From positions 32,001 to 96,000 of the forward strand of contig JAQCIU010000007.1 in NCBI GenBank assembly GCA_027593235.1: 64,000 nucleotides of DNA. Direction: 5' to 3'. Position 1 is the stretch's first letter; the number at the start of each line of letters is the position of its first letter. The notes beneath the pieces were generated by a model. It made no database searches and had not been told where the DNA came from. It worked only from the letters and a program-made list of their open reading frames with translations. Shown here piece after piece: positions 1 through 9,561 of this stretch. Both the position numbers and the translations under genes were made by a program. Source of the DNA: Chloroflexota bacterium (GTDB lineage Bacteria > Chloroflexota > Dehalococcoidia > UBA2979).

Positions 1-672
1 TGCGACGCCGCCGTCGTCCGCGACCCCGCCGGCGCCTTCGTCGCCGCCATCCACCGCTTCGTCCCCGGCTCTCCACCTTCGACTCGCACCATCCGAGGCG
101 CGCGCCGCGACCGCCTCGCCACGCAGATCGGCACCTTCCTCCACGAACTCCACGCGGTGCCTCGGAGCGTCGCGAAGCGACACGGCGTCCGCGAGATGGA
201 CCTCTGGCCCGACCGTTACCAGCCGCTGATCGCCAACAGCCTGCCCCACCTCGGTCCGGGCGGCCGCGCCTGGCTCGAGGCGCAGGGCGCCGCCTTCGCC
301 GCGGCGGGCGGCACCTCCGAGGCCCCGCGCGCCCTCATCCACGGCGACATCGCGGGACCGCACCTGCTCCTCGACGACGACTCGAACCTCACCGGCGTGA
401 TCGACTTCGGCGACGCGATGCTCGCCGACCCCGCGCTCGACTTCGCCGGCATCCTCAACGAGTTCTCGTGGTCATTCCTCGAACGCGTCCTCGTCGCCTA
501 CGAGGCCGCCGGCGGCGCCATCGACGGGCGCGCGCGCGATCGCGCCCGCTTCTACATCGAGGTCGAGCCAATCTTCCAGATCGAGTACGGCGCCTATGTC
601 CGAGGTGGTGCGGAGCGCCTGACCGGCATCCGCCGGATCGCCGCCCGCGCCGGAGGCGCATCAAAGAGATAG
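1..672 (+). CDS. Aminoglycoside phosphotransferase (APH)-family kinase, 5'-partial
   Basis: Frame is open from base 1; HGD catalytic loop (LIHGDIAGPHLLL) and GVIDFGD motif. Confidence 0.85.
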   Translation, partial: CDAAVVRDPAGAFVAAIHRFVPGSPPSTRTIRGARRDRLATQIGTFLHELHAVPRSVAKRHGVREMDLWPDRYQPLIANSLPHLGPGGRAWLEAQGAAFAAAGGTSEAPRALIHGDIAGPHLLLDDDSNLTGVIDFGDAMLADPALDFAGILNEFSWSFLERVLVAYEAAGGAIDGRARDRARFYIEVEPIFQIEYGAYVRGGAERLTGIRRIAARAGGASKR

Positions 673-735
673 CTGCGCTGGACGCGCATCGCGGAAATAG
701 CCACGCGGCCGCCGCGAACCGCGCGCGGGCGTGAG

Positions 736-1224
736 CTACAGCAGGGTGTAGAGGTACGCCTGGAGCCGGTCGTAACTCTCCGCCGCGCCCTGCTCGAGGC
801 CTGACTCCAGCATCACGTCCAACAGCTCCGGTGATGGATAGCGAGAGACGATCGTCATCGTCGTGACGTTGTCAGATTCCTCTAGCGTCATCGTCTCGAT
901 CGACTCTGCATCAGCGAATGGCTCGACGTCGTAGGTAAACGTCTGGACCACGCGTACCGGCGGGGTGATCTGGTGATAGACACCCGTGAAAGGGTGCTCC
1001 CTGCCGTCCTCGGCCATCGTCACAACACGCCACCGACCGCCGACGCGAAGGTCGAGCTCGGTCACCGTGGCCTGATAACCATGTGGCCCCCACCAGCGTT
1101 CGATGTGTCGGGCCTCGACCATCGCGCGGAACACCATCTCGCGAGGCGCGCGGAACTGTCGAGTCATCACCGCTGCTCTGTCGGAGATCACGTGGAGCCT
1201 CAGCGAAGGCCGAACGTCAACCAC
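736..1224 (-). CDS. SRPBCC/AHSA1-family protein
   Basis: TRQFRAPREMVFRA...RWWGP...DLRVGGRWR signature. Confidence 0.85.
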   Translation of the reverse strand: MVDVRPSLRLHVISDRAAVMTRQFRAPREMVFRAMVEARHIERWWGPHGYQATVTELDLRVGGRWRVVTMAEDGREHPFTGVYHQITPPVRVVQTFTYDVEPFADAESIETMTLEESDNVTTMTIVSRYPSPELLDVMLESGLEQGAAESYDRLQAYLYTLL

Positions 1225-1422
1225 CGCGTCCCCCTAACCGAACGATCGACCACTCGAAGACTGAGCCGCAGGCGAGTCTGATACGACACTGGCGGGAAGC
1301 TAACCATCGCGACGATCGATCCGCAAGTCACGGCCATGCAACTCCCCCGACCCAGCTCCGCGATGCGTACCGGGGCGCTGACGCCGCCCGGATCAGGCCG
1401 TCCGCTTCGGGCAGAGCGACGG

Positions 1423-2814
1423 CTACTCCCCGCGCACCAGCCCGGGCGACACTTCCGCGATCACGCCGGCGGGCACCTCGGCAGGCACGCCGGGCCGCAT
1501 CCAGGCGCGGATCCGCCCGGCACCGAAGTACAGCAGCAGCAAGGCAGCGAGCAGGATGCCCGCGGCCGCCTGCGTTTCCACCGCACCGAAGTGATCGATC
1601 GACCAGCCCATCGGTAGCAGCGCCACCGGGCTCAGCGAGAACGTCAGCATGTAGATGCTCATCACGCGCCCGTAATAGGCGCGGTCCGTCCGCTCCATAA
1701 TCATCACGCTGTTCAGCGTCATGTACCCCTGGCTCGCCAGCCCCACCACCGCCAGCACGACCAGCGACAGCCCGAGGAATGGCGACAACGCGAACGCCAC
1801 GAGGAGCGCGCCGAACGCGATCCCGGCGAACATCTGCAGACGCGCGCGGGTCTCCGCTCCCTGGATCGCACCGACCGAGAGCGATCCGATCAGCGACCCA
1901 ACTCCGACCGCCGCATACATGAAGCCCAGCGACGCCTCGCCGACGTGGAGCACGTCCTTCTGGAACACCGGCAGCAGTTGCTGGAACGGCATCCCGATCA
2001 TCACCGGAATGAACGCCAGCACGATTAGCGACCGCAGCGCCGGGTTCGCGCCCACGTAGCGCACGCCATCGACCATGTCGGCCAGCGCCGACCGCGACCG
2101 CTTCGCCGCCGGCGCCAGCGAGGGCAGTCGCAGCAGCATTAGCGCCGCCATCCCGTAGAAGACGGCGATCAGATCGAAGGCCAACGCCGGATGCCACGCC
2201 AGCAGCAGGCCAGCCAGGCTTGGCGCCAGCACGCGGTTCAGATTCATCCCCGACGAGTTCAGCGCCACCGCGTTCGGTAGCTGATCCTCCGGGACAATCT
2301 CCGGAATGATCGCCTGCCGTGTCGGCATGTTGAACGCGAAGATCAGCCCTTGCAGCACGCTCAACACCACGAGGTGCCAGACCTGCACGATGTCCAGGTG
2401 CACCAGTACCGCGTTCACCGCCGACAGCGCGGCGAGCATGAACTGCACAGCGATCAGTAGCGCCTTCTTGTTCGCCCGGTCCGCGATCGCGCCGCCGAAC
2501 AGCGACAGCGCGCTCTGCGGCAGCCCTCGAGCGAGCGACACGAGGCCCAGCGCGACCGCCGAGCCGGAGATGGTGTAGGCCAGCCACGCCCGCGACACCA
2601 GGTTCATCTGCATCGCCGCCTGGGCGAACAGCATCCCGAACCACAACATGCGGAACTGCGCGTTTTGGAGCGCCGTGAACGCGTCACCAATACGCGGCTT
2701 CGAGCGCGGCGGCGGTACGGGTGCTGACTGCGGAGTTGCCTGATCGGGACGGCGGGACGATGCCATCGGAACCCTCGCGAAGTGGCTCGGTCTGCCCGTG
2801 GGCAGGTCGCTCAT
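1423..2814 (-). CDS. MFS transporter
   Basis: Multiple TM segments, GAIADR motif A; start uncertain (2766-2883). Confidence 0.85.
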   Translation of the reverse strand: MSDLPTGRPSHFARVPMASSRRPDQATPQSAPVPPPRSKPRIGDAFTALQNAQFRMLWFGMLFAQAAMQMNLVSRAWLAYTISGSAVALGLVSLARGLPQSALSLFGGAIADRANKKALLIAVQFMLAALSAVNAVLVHLDIVQVWHLVVLSVLQGLIFAFNMPTRQAIIPEIVPEDQLPNAVALNSSGMNLNRVLAPSLAGLLLAWHPALAFDLIAVFYGMAALMLLRLPSLAPAAKRSRSALADMVDGVRYVGANPALRSLIVLAFIPVMIGMPFQQLLPVFQKDVLHVGEASLGFMYAAVGVGSLIGSLSVGAIQGAETRARLQMFAGIAFGALLVAFALSPFLGLSLVVLAVVGLASQGYMTLNSVMIMERTDRAYYGRVMSIYMLTFSLSPVALLPMGWSIDHFGAVETQAAAGILLAALLLLYFGAGRIRAWMRPGVPAEVPAGVIAEVSPGLVRGE

Positions 2815-3039
2815 CGACTCCCGAGCCTGCGAGGTTAGCTGTCGGGTTCGGGCGGGAAGCCCGTCCGCATCACGCGGATTCACCCCAGAACTGGTTCCCC
2901 CGTTCCGCCCTGTTCACGGGCGGATTCGGCTATCGGCGAACGTACTCTCACGTGCACGTCATGTCTATGAGCGAGCCCGCGAATCGTGCGGTCGAGCACC
3001 GAGTAGCCCGGCCGTGAGGCGAGGCACTACCTTGCTGCA

Positions 3040-3492
3040 ATGACGGCGGTTGAATGGTCCACCTTCCGCGACTCCGCCCCGACCCTAGAGGCGATCGGTC
3101 GCATGCGGCTGCACGGTCGGACTTGCTACCTCGCGACCTCTCGCCGCGGAGACGGTGCGCCGCGCGTGCACCCGGTGACGCCCGATATCAGCGCCAGCCG
3201 CCTCTTCGTTTTCATGGAACCAACATCGCCAAAGGGTCACGACCTACGGGTCGACCCACGCTTCGCGCTGCATTGCGGAGTCGAGGACAACGCCGGCGGC
3301 GAGGGGGAATTCTTCGTCAGCGGCGCGGCGGTCTTAACCGACGACCCCGAGCTACGCACCGAGGCAGTCCAGGCCGGGAGCTACGCTCCGGCGGATCGCT
3401 ACATCCTGTTCCATCTCCTCATTGACCACGCGACGCTCCGCCGCTACGAGGACGGCACACCCGTTCACCAACGCTGGCGAAGCGACGACTGA
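3040..3492 (+). CDS. Pyridoxamine 5'-phosphate oxidase-like (split beta-barrel, flavin/F420-binding) protein
   Basis: [17 protein letters not shown]...[14 protein letters not shown] pattern. Confidence 0.8.
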   Translation: MTAVEWSTFRDSAPTLEAIGRMRLHGRTCYLATSRRGDGAPRVHPVTPDISASRLFVFMEPTSPKGHDLRVDPRFALHCGVEDNAGGEGEFFVSGAAVLTDDPELRTEAVQAGSYAPADRYILFHLLIDHATLRRYEDGTPVHQRWRSDD

Positions 3493-3584
3493 CCGGCAGC
3501 CCTCAACCCCAACCCACGCTAGACTCGCGCCCGCACCCCGATCGAAGGGCGCTGTCCCAGGCGCGCCGAAAGGATCCCCACCTC

Positions 3585-4679
3585 ATGGCCACGTTCGACA
3601 TCCTCGTCCTCCCCGGCGACGGCATCGGCCCCGAAGTCACCGCCGAGGGCGTCCGTACCCTCGAGGCCGTCGGCCAGCGCTTCGAGCACGTCTTCCGCAT
3701 GACCGACGACGTCGTCGGCGGCGCCTGCATCGACGCGCACGGCGTCGCCATCCGCCCCGAGACCATCGAGGCGGCACGAGCTTCCGACGCGGTGCTGTTC
3801 GGCGCGGTCGGTGGACCGAAGTGGGACGACCCGACGGCGAAGGTGCGGCCGGAGCAGGGCCTGCTCGCGCTCCGTTCGGAGCTGCAGCTCTGGGCGAACC
3901 TGCGGCCCGTGGTCGCCAACCCGGCGCTGCTCGACGCCTCCACCATCAAGCGCGAGGTCCTGGAGGGCGTCGACCTGCTCGTCATCCGCGAACTCACCAG
4001 CGGCGCCTACTTCGGGAAGCCGAAGGAGCGGCGCATGGAGAACGGCCTGCGCGCCGCCGTCGACACCATCTACTACCGTGAGGACGAAGTGGAGCGCGTC
4101 GCGCGCCTCGGCTTCAAGCTCGCCCGCGAGCGGCGCAACAAGCTGACCAGCGTCGATAAGGCGAACGTCCTCGAGTCGTCGCGCCTCTGGCGCGAGATCG
4201 TGCACGAGGTGCGCGCCGACTTCCCGGACGTGGAGTACGAGGACGTGCTCGTCGACGCGATGACGATGCACCTGATCCGCCACCCGAAGAATTACGACGT
4301 CATCATCGCCAGCAACATGTTCGGCGACATCGTCACCGACGAGGCCTCGATGCTGATCGGCTCCATGGGGATGCTCGCCTCGGCGTCGCTCGGCACGATG
4401 GAGGACGGCGGCACCGCGCTCGGTATGTACGAGCCGATCCACGGCTCGGCGCCGGACATTGCCGGCCAGGGCATCGCCAACCCGCTGGCGATGATCCTCT
4501 GCACCGCCATGCTCCTCCGCCACTCGTGTGGCCTCGAGGAAGAGGCGCAGGCCGTCGAGGCCGCCGTGCAGGCCGTCATCGAGGCCGGTCTCCGCACCGC
4601 CGATATCGCCGCCCCCGGCGCGCCGACGCTCAACACGAAGGCGATGGCGGACGCTGTCCTCGCGCAGCTCGGGAGCTAG
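3585..4679 (+). CDS. leuB: 3-isopropylmalate dehydrogenase
   Basis: [41 protein letters not shown]. Confidence 0.97.
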   Translation: MATFDILVLPGDGIGPEVTAEGVRTLEAVGQRFEHVFRMTDDVVGGACIDAHGVAIRPETIEAARASDAVLFGAVGGPKWDDPTAKVRPEQGLLALRSELQLWANLRPVVANPALLDASTIKREVLEGVDLLVIRELTSGAYFGKPKERRMENGLRAAVDTIYYREDEVERVARLGFKLARERRNKLTSVDKANVLESSRLWREIVHEVRADFPDVEYEDVLVDAMTMHLIRHPKNYDVIIASNMFGDIVTDEASMLIGSMGMLASASLGTMEDGGTALGMYEPIHGSAPDIAGQGIANPLAMILCTAMLLRHSCGLEEEAQAVEAAVQAVIEAGLRTADIAAPGAPTLNTKAMADAVLAQLGS

Positions 4680-4714
4680 GCCACGGGCCGAGGGCCGTCG
4701 TTACTGGCCGGGCG

Positions 4715-5224
4715 TTACTGGCCGGTCGCGATCGGCGGATCGGGGTACTCGCCCGCGATGATCGCGGGCAGCAGCTCGGCGAGGCGCAGCGGCGACACCA
4801 TCTCCGCGCAGTTGGCGATCTCCTCGAGGCTGAGCCAGCGGTGTTCCAGCAGCGACACCATCTCGTCGTCGACCTGCGGTCGCAGTGTCGGCGCGGAGCC
4901 ATCGACGCGCGCCGGGTAGAAATACTCGAACGTGTCGTACCAGGTGTCGTACGCGCCGTAGTACCAGACCCACTCGCGTTCCCAGACACACGGACCCAGC
5001 TCCGGTGTGAATCCGGTCTCCTCGAACAGCTCGCGGCGCGCCGTCTGCAGCGGTGTCTCACCCAGATCGGAGCCGCCACCCGGCGTCATCCAGATGATGT
5101 CCTCGTCGGGCTTGGTGGGATCGGGCGCCGTCCGGAACAGCAGCAGCCGGTCGTCGCCATCGAGCAATAAGACCCGCGCGCCGGGCCGCGGAACGGGATC
5201 AGCCTCGGTGCCAGCGTGGCTCAT
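4715..5224 (-). CDS. NUDIX hydrolase (third of tandem triplet)
   Basis: Nudix box GGGSDLGETPLQTARRELFEETG; ATG at 5224 overlaps upstream TGA (ATGA). Confidence 0.88.
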   Translation of the reverse strand: MSHAGTEADPVPRPGARVLLLDGDDRLLLFRTAPDPTKPDEDIIWMTPGGGSDLGETPLQTARRELFEETGFTPELGPCVWEREWVWYYGAYDTWYDTFEYFYPARVDGSAPTLRPQVDDEMVSLLEHRWLSLEEIANCAEMVSPLRLAELLPAIIAGEYPDPPIATGQ

Positions 5225-5736
5225 TCGAACAGCTCCAGCGGCATCCCGGAGAAGTCGCTTTCGAGGATCGGCGGCAACAACGAGGCAAGTTGGCGCGGCA
5301 CGATCCGTTCCGCTCCCCGGTGCGCCCGGATCTCGTCCAGCGACCACCAGCGGTACCACTGATCGCCCGTCATCCATGCTTCGTCGGCCTGCCGCGCCGC
5401 CGGTTCCGGCTTGAACGATGGGGTTCGAACGACGAAGTACCGCTCATCGAAGCGCCACCGCTGCTGGCCCTCGAACTCGATCGTTCGTCGCCAGACCAGC
5501 GGACCCAGTTCGGCGTTCGCCAGACCGGCCTCTTCCCACAGTTCGCGGGTCGCCGCCTCCTCGTAGCTCTCGCCCGCCTCGACACCACCACCTGGCGCGA
5601 ACCAGTACAAACGCCCTCGATCGCGCTGCACCAGCTCGGCGCGCAGCAGCAAGAGCCGATCAGCCTCGTCGATCAACAACACCCGCGAGGTCGGGCGGGG
5701 GACGGGTTCGCCGGACCGCGGCCGTTCGCTGCTCAT
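5221..5736 (-). CDS. NUDIX hydrolase (second of triplet)
   Basis: GGGVEAGESYEEAATRELWEEAG; ATGA overlap at 5733-5736. Confidence 0.88.
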   Translation of the reverse strand: MSSERPRSGEPVPRPTSRVLLIDEADRLLLLRAELVQRDRGRLYWFAPGGGVEAGESYEEAATRELWEEAGLANAELGPLVWRRTIEFEGQQRWRFDERYFVVRTPSFKPEPAARQADEAWMTGDQWYRWWSLDEIRAHRGAERIVPRQLASLLPPILESDFSGMPLELFE

Positions 5737-6236
5737 CGCAGCAGATCGATCGGCGCGTCGGGCAAGCGTCCATCGAGGATCGGCGATAGACGATGGCTCA
5801 GGTCGGGCGGCAGCAGCAGATCCGGGCCGCGGTGCGCACGCAGCTCCTCGTGGCTCCACCAGCGGAACCAACCCTCTTCAATCATGTAGCGCTCGTACTC
5901 CGGATCGGGCGCACCCGGCACTGGCTCGAACGACTCCGTGTAGATCACGAAGTAACGCTCCATGAAGCGAATACCTCGGTACTCCCGATCACGCTTCCAC
6001 ACCCAGGGCCCAACATCCGGCACCGTCAGGCCCGTCTCCTCCCACAGCTCGCGGCGCGCGCCCTCCTCGTAGCTCTCGCCGGGCTCCACGCCGCCGCCGG
6101 GCGTGAACCAGAGCATCCGATCCGGGCGCTCGTCACTGGGAGCGCGAAACAGCAGCACCCGACGCAACTCGTCCACGATCAGCAATCGTGAGGTCGGACG
6201 CTCCTGAGGAAGGTGTGCGGTCCAATCGGCCACCAT
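5733..6236 (-). CDS. NUDIX hydrolase (first of triplet)
   Basis: GGGVEPGESYEEGARRELWEETG; SD GAGGAG upstream. Confidence 0.9.
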   Translation of the reverse strand: MVADWTAHLPQERPTSRLLIVDELRRVLLFRAPSDERPDRMLWFTPGGGVEPGESYEEGARRELWEETGLTVPDVGPWVWKRDREYRGIRFMERYFVIYTESFEPVPGAPDPEYERYMIEEGWFRWWSHEELRAHRGPDLLLPPDLSHRLSPILDGRLPDAPIDLLR

Positions 6237-6335
6237 TGCTCCTCGAACGCTCCCCTACCCAAACGGCCGGAACGGCCCTCGGGGAGTTCTTCATTGCTGC
6301 TGTCCGCGCGGCCAGTCTAGACTGGCTACATCGTG

Positions 6336-6413
6336 ATGAAGACGCCAACGACGTTCGAGGTGGTGCGCGCCGTCCGGTCCCTGCGGCCGACGGCTTCGCT
6401 CATTCTGAGCTAG
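6336..6413 (+). other. Putative 25-aa leader peptide (uORF) upstream of cimA
   Basis: ATG...TAG, MKTPTTFEVVRAVRSLRPTASLILS, ending 58 nt before cimA; TAGACT -10-like hexamer at 6318-6323. Confidence 0.35.
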
Positions 6414-6471
6414 CCCCTACCATTCACCTCGACAGCGCGGCCCCAGCCGAGCACCTCACGAAACGACAACC

Positions 6472-8082
6472 ATGACACTCCCCGACGCCAGGGCGATCCG
6501 CCTCTACGACACCACGCTGCGTGACGGTCTCGGCATGGAGGGGCTCAGCCTCTCCCTGCAAGACAAACTGCTGCTCCTCGAAAAGATCGACGAACTCGGC
6601 GTGCACTACATCGAGGGCGGCTACCCCGGGTCGAATCCCAAGGACGCCGAGTTCTTCGAACGCGCGCGCGACGTCAAACTGAAGCACGCGAAGCTCGTTG
6701 CCTTCGGTTCCACCCGCCGCGCCGGCGGTACCGCCGCGACTGACGCGGCTCTGCGCAGCGTCCTTGATGCCGGCACCGAGGTGATCACCCTCGTCGGCAA
6801 GTCCTCGCAACGCCAGGTCATCGATGTCCTCCAAACCACCGAGGAAGAAAACCTCTCGATGATCACCGACTCCGTCGCCTACCTGCGTGAGCAGGGGCGC
6901 GAAGTGGTCTTCGACGCCGAGCACTTCTTCGACGGCTTTCGCGCCAACCCGGAGTACACCCTCTCCACGCTGCGTGCGGCCGAGCGCGCCGGCGCCTCCA
7001 CCGTCACGCTCTGCGACACCAACGGCGGTGCCACCTCCGACGAGGTGCGCGCCGGCGTCGAGGCCGCTCGCGCCGCCGTCGACTGCGCGATCGGCATCCA
7101 CTGTCACAACGACGCGGACCTCGCGGTCGCGAACACGCTGATTGGTGTTCAGGCCGGCGCGACCCAGGTCCAGGCCTGCGTGAACGGCTGGGGCGAACGC
7201 ACCGGCAACGCCAGCATGATGTCGGTGATCCCCAACCTGAAGCTGAAGCTCGGCCTCGATGTGGTCACCGACGAGCAGCTCGCGCGGCTCACCGAAACGG
7301 CGCTCTTCGCGACGGAGCTGGCCAACCTCAACCTCGACCCGCAGCAGCCCTACGTCGGTTCGGGCGCCTTCGCCCACAAGGCTGGGCTCCACGTTGCGGC
7401 GATCACCAAGAGCCCCGGCTCCTACACCCACGTCGATCCGAGCGCCGTGGGCAACCGCGAGCGCGTCCTCGTCTCGGAGCTGTCCGGTCGCCGTAACGTC
7501 GTCGAGAAGCTGCGTGAGCAAGGCGTCGCGATCGAGCTGAGCGACGCTGCCGCCTCGGAAGCCCTCGCCCAGGTGAAGCGCCAGGAAGCCGCCGGCTACC
7601 AGTTCGAATCCGCCGAAGCCTCGTTCGAGCTCCTCGTGCGCCGGCTTGAGCCGGGCTACGTGCAGCCGTTCGACCTCGAGGATTTCCTGATCGTCCAGCG
7701 CCGCCGCCACGTCGCCAACGGCGGTGAGCGGGTCGAAATGCAGGCCGAGGCGATGGTGAAGCTGCGCATCGGCGACCACCTGAGTCAGGTTGCCGCTGAC
7801 GGCAACGGCCCGGTCTCCGCGCTCGATGCCGCGGTGCGCAAGGCCCTCGAGGAGGTCTATCCGGAGATCGCCCGCGTCCACCTCGTGGACTACAAGGTGC
7901 GCATCATCGACTCCGGCGCCGGTGCGGACGCCGCCGTCCGCGTGCTCATCGAGTCGAGCGATCGCTTCCACCTCTGGCGCACCGTCGGCGCGTCAACGGA
8001 CGTCGTCGAGGCGTCATGGCTCGCCCTCCAGGACGCGTACGAGTACTGGCTGCTGCACTGGAGCGGCGCCGCGCCGGATTAG
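6472..8082 (+). CDS. cimA: Citramalate synthase
   Basis: DTTLRDG, EGGYPGSNPKD, DAEHFFDG, HCHND, GERTGNA, DYKVRI regulatory domain. Confidence 0.92.
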   Translation: MTLPDARAIRLYDTTLRDGLGMEGLSLSLQDKLLLLEKIDELGVHYIEGGYPGSNPKDAEFFERARDVKLKHAKLVAFGSTRRAGGTAATDAALRSVLDAGTEVITLVGKSSQRQVIDVLQTTEEENLSMITDSVAYLREQGREVVFDAEHFFDGFRANPEYTLSTLRAAERAGASTVTLCDTNGGATSDEVRAGVEAARAAVDCAIGIHCHNDADLAVANTLIGVQAGATQVQACVNGWGERTGNASMMSVIPNLKLKLGLDVVTDEQLARLTETALFATELANLNLDPQQPYVGSGAFAHKAGLHVAAITKSPGSYTHVDPSAVGNRERVLVSELSGRRNVVEKLREQGVAIELSDAAASEALAQVKRQEAAGYQFESAEASFELLVRRLEPGYVQPFDLEDFLIVQRRRHVANGGERVEMQAEAMVKLRIGDHLSQVAADGNGPVSALDAAVRKALEEVYPEIARVHLVDYKVRIIDSGAGADAAVRVLIESSDRFHLWRTVGASTDVVEASWLALQDAYEYWLLHWSGAAPD

Positions 8083-8086
8083 ACCG

Positions 8087-9544
8087 CTAGCTGGCGGTCA
8101 GGACGAGCACCGCATCGCCAGCCGCGTTCGACGCGACCGACGACACCGCCCAGAGCCGAGGCGCCGATCCTACGATCGCCGTCTCCGCGGTCAGCGCGAA
8201 GCCGATCGCGCCGCGCGACCCGTCGAGGATGATCCGCGTGTCGGTCAGCAGCGTCACCGTTCCGCGGAACACCGTGAGATCACCAAACGTCGCCGCAACC
8301 GACGGCGCATCCGCAGGCACTGATGTCGCATCCGCGGGCGCCGGCGTCGCATCCACCGGTGCCTCGGCGCGCGGCGCGGCGTCACGCATCGCATCCGCCA
8401 CCAGTGCCTCGATCCGACCGCGAAGTCGCTCCCCGAGTTGATCGATGAACACTTCGGATCCCAGGAACGATCGCAACGCCTCGAGGTCGTCGAGTTGCCC
8501 GCTGAAGCGCTCGGGTGTGGCCGTCGCGTTCGGCAGCGCTGGATCGAATCGGTCGCCCGGCACCACCTGGATCGGCGGTCCCTGAGGGAACTTCGCTTCG
8601 ATCGTCAACCGCCGGTCGCCGCGCTGAACGAGCAGCTCGATCACGTGCACGATCGAGGATCGCTGTCCCCGTTCCAGCGTGGTCCGCGGCAGCGCATCGC
8701 GGAGCGTCTCGACGTCGCTCGCCGCTACCCCTTCAACCTCGAGGATCACGTCGCCTTCCTCGAGCCCGGCCACCGCCGCCACTGAGTTGGGATCGACGCT
8801 GACGACGCGCAACCCGTCGTTCGCCTGCACCACCGCGATCCCGAGCACGGGTCCCAGCCGCTGCCGCCCAAAGCGATCCGGGGCGGGCTGAGACTGACTG
8901 CCTCCCCCGCCGCTGGGTGCGAACCCAAAGTCCCGCAGGTCGAAGTTGCCGAAGTCGTACCCCCGGAGATCGAACCCCTGCCCCGCGAGTTGCTCGAGGA
9001 ACGAGGTGATCGCTGGTTCGATGCCAAGGCCGCGCGCGACCGTCAGCGTGTGTTCGTCGCCGTCGCGCCGGATCTCCAGTTCGTAGTCGTCGCCCACCTC
9101 GATCGCGGAGACCGCGGCGCGCAACTGCTCGCTGGTCTCGACACGATCGCCGTTCACCGCTCGTATCTCGTCGCCGACCTCGATCCCGGCGTCATCCGCG
9201 GGACTGTCCGCGTCAACGTGACCGACGACCAGCGTCCCGTCCGCCTCGCTGACGCTAACGCCCAGCACCGCGCCGCCCATCAGGAACTGTTCGAGCAGCC
9301 CGCGCAGTCCCTGATCCGCGAATGGACCGTCCTCGAACGCATCACGGGCAAACGGGCCGTCCGCGAACAGGCCGCCCCGCCGGTTCGCGGTGTCGGCGGT
9401 CGGCACGCGCACGTCGTCGTCACGGCTGCGATCGACGACCACCACGATCGCGCCAACGATCGCGACAATCGCCGCGACGCCAACGATCAGCGGTGGCAGA
9501 TTGCGACGGACGTAGCTTCCGGTGGAGCTGGGTGGCGTACTCAT
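8087..9544 (-). CDS. Single-pass membrane protein with two PDZ domains
   Basis: N-terminal TM helix; two LG(V/I)...GD(E/V)I PDZ repeats; no protease motif. Confidence 0.8.
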   Translation of the reverse strand: MSTPPSSTGSYVRRNLPPLIVGVAAIVAIVGAIVVVVDRSRDDDVRVPTADTANRRGGLFADGPFARDAFEDGPFADQGLRGLLEQFLMGGAVLGVSVSEADGTLVVGHVDADSPADDAGIEVGDEIRAVNGDRVETSEQLRAAVSAIEVGDDYELEIRRDGDEHTLTVARGLGIEPAITSFLEQLAGQGFDLRGYDFGNFDLRDFGFAPSGGGGSQSQPAPDRFGRQRLGPVLGIAVVQANDGLRVVSVDPNSVAAVAGLEEGDVILEVEGVAASDVETLRDALPRTTLERGQRSSIVHVIELLVQRGDRRLTIEAKFPQGPPIQVVPGDRFDPALPNATATPERFSGQLDDLEALRSFLGSEVFIDQLGERLRGRIEALVADAMRDAAPRAEAPVDATPAPADATSVPADAPSVAATFGDLTVFRGTVTLLTDTRIILDGSRGAIGFALTAETAIVGSAPRLWAVSSVASNAAGDAVLVLTAS

Positions 9545-9561
9545 CGCAGTTCCCTTCTCGG

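Noticed and set aside
6424-7971. Long antisense ORFs (also 37206-38792, 38834-40279, 41770-43245 and others)
   Set aside because: These are stop-poor shadows of real genes, expected in high-GC DNA, with no recognisable motifs.
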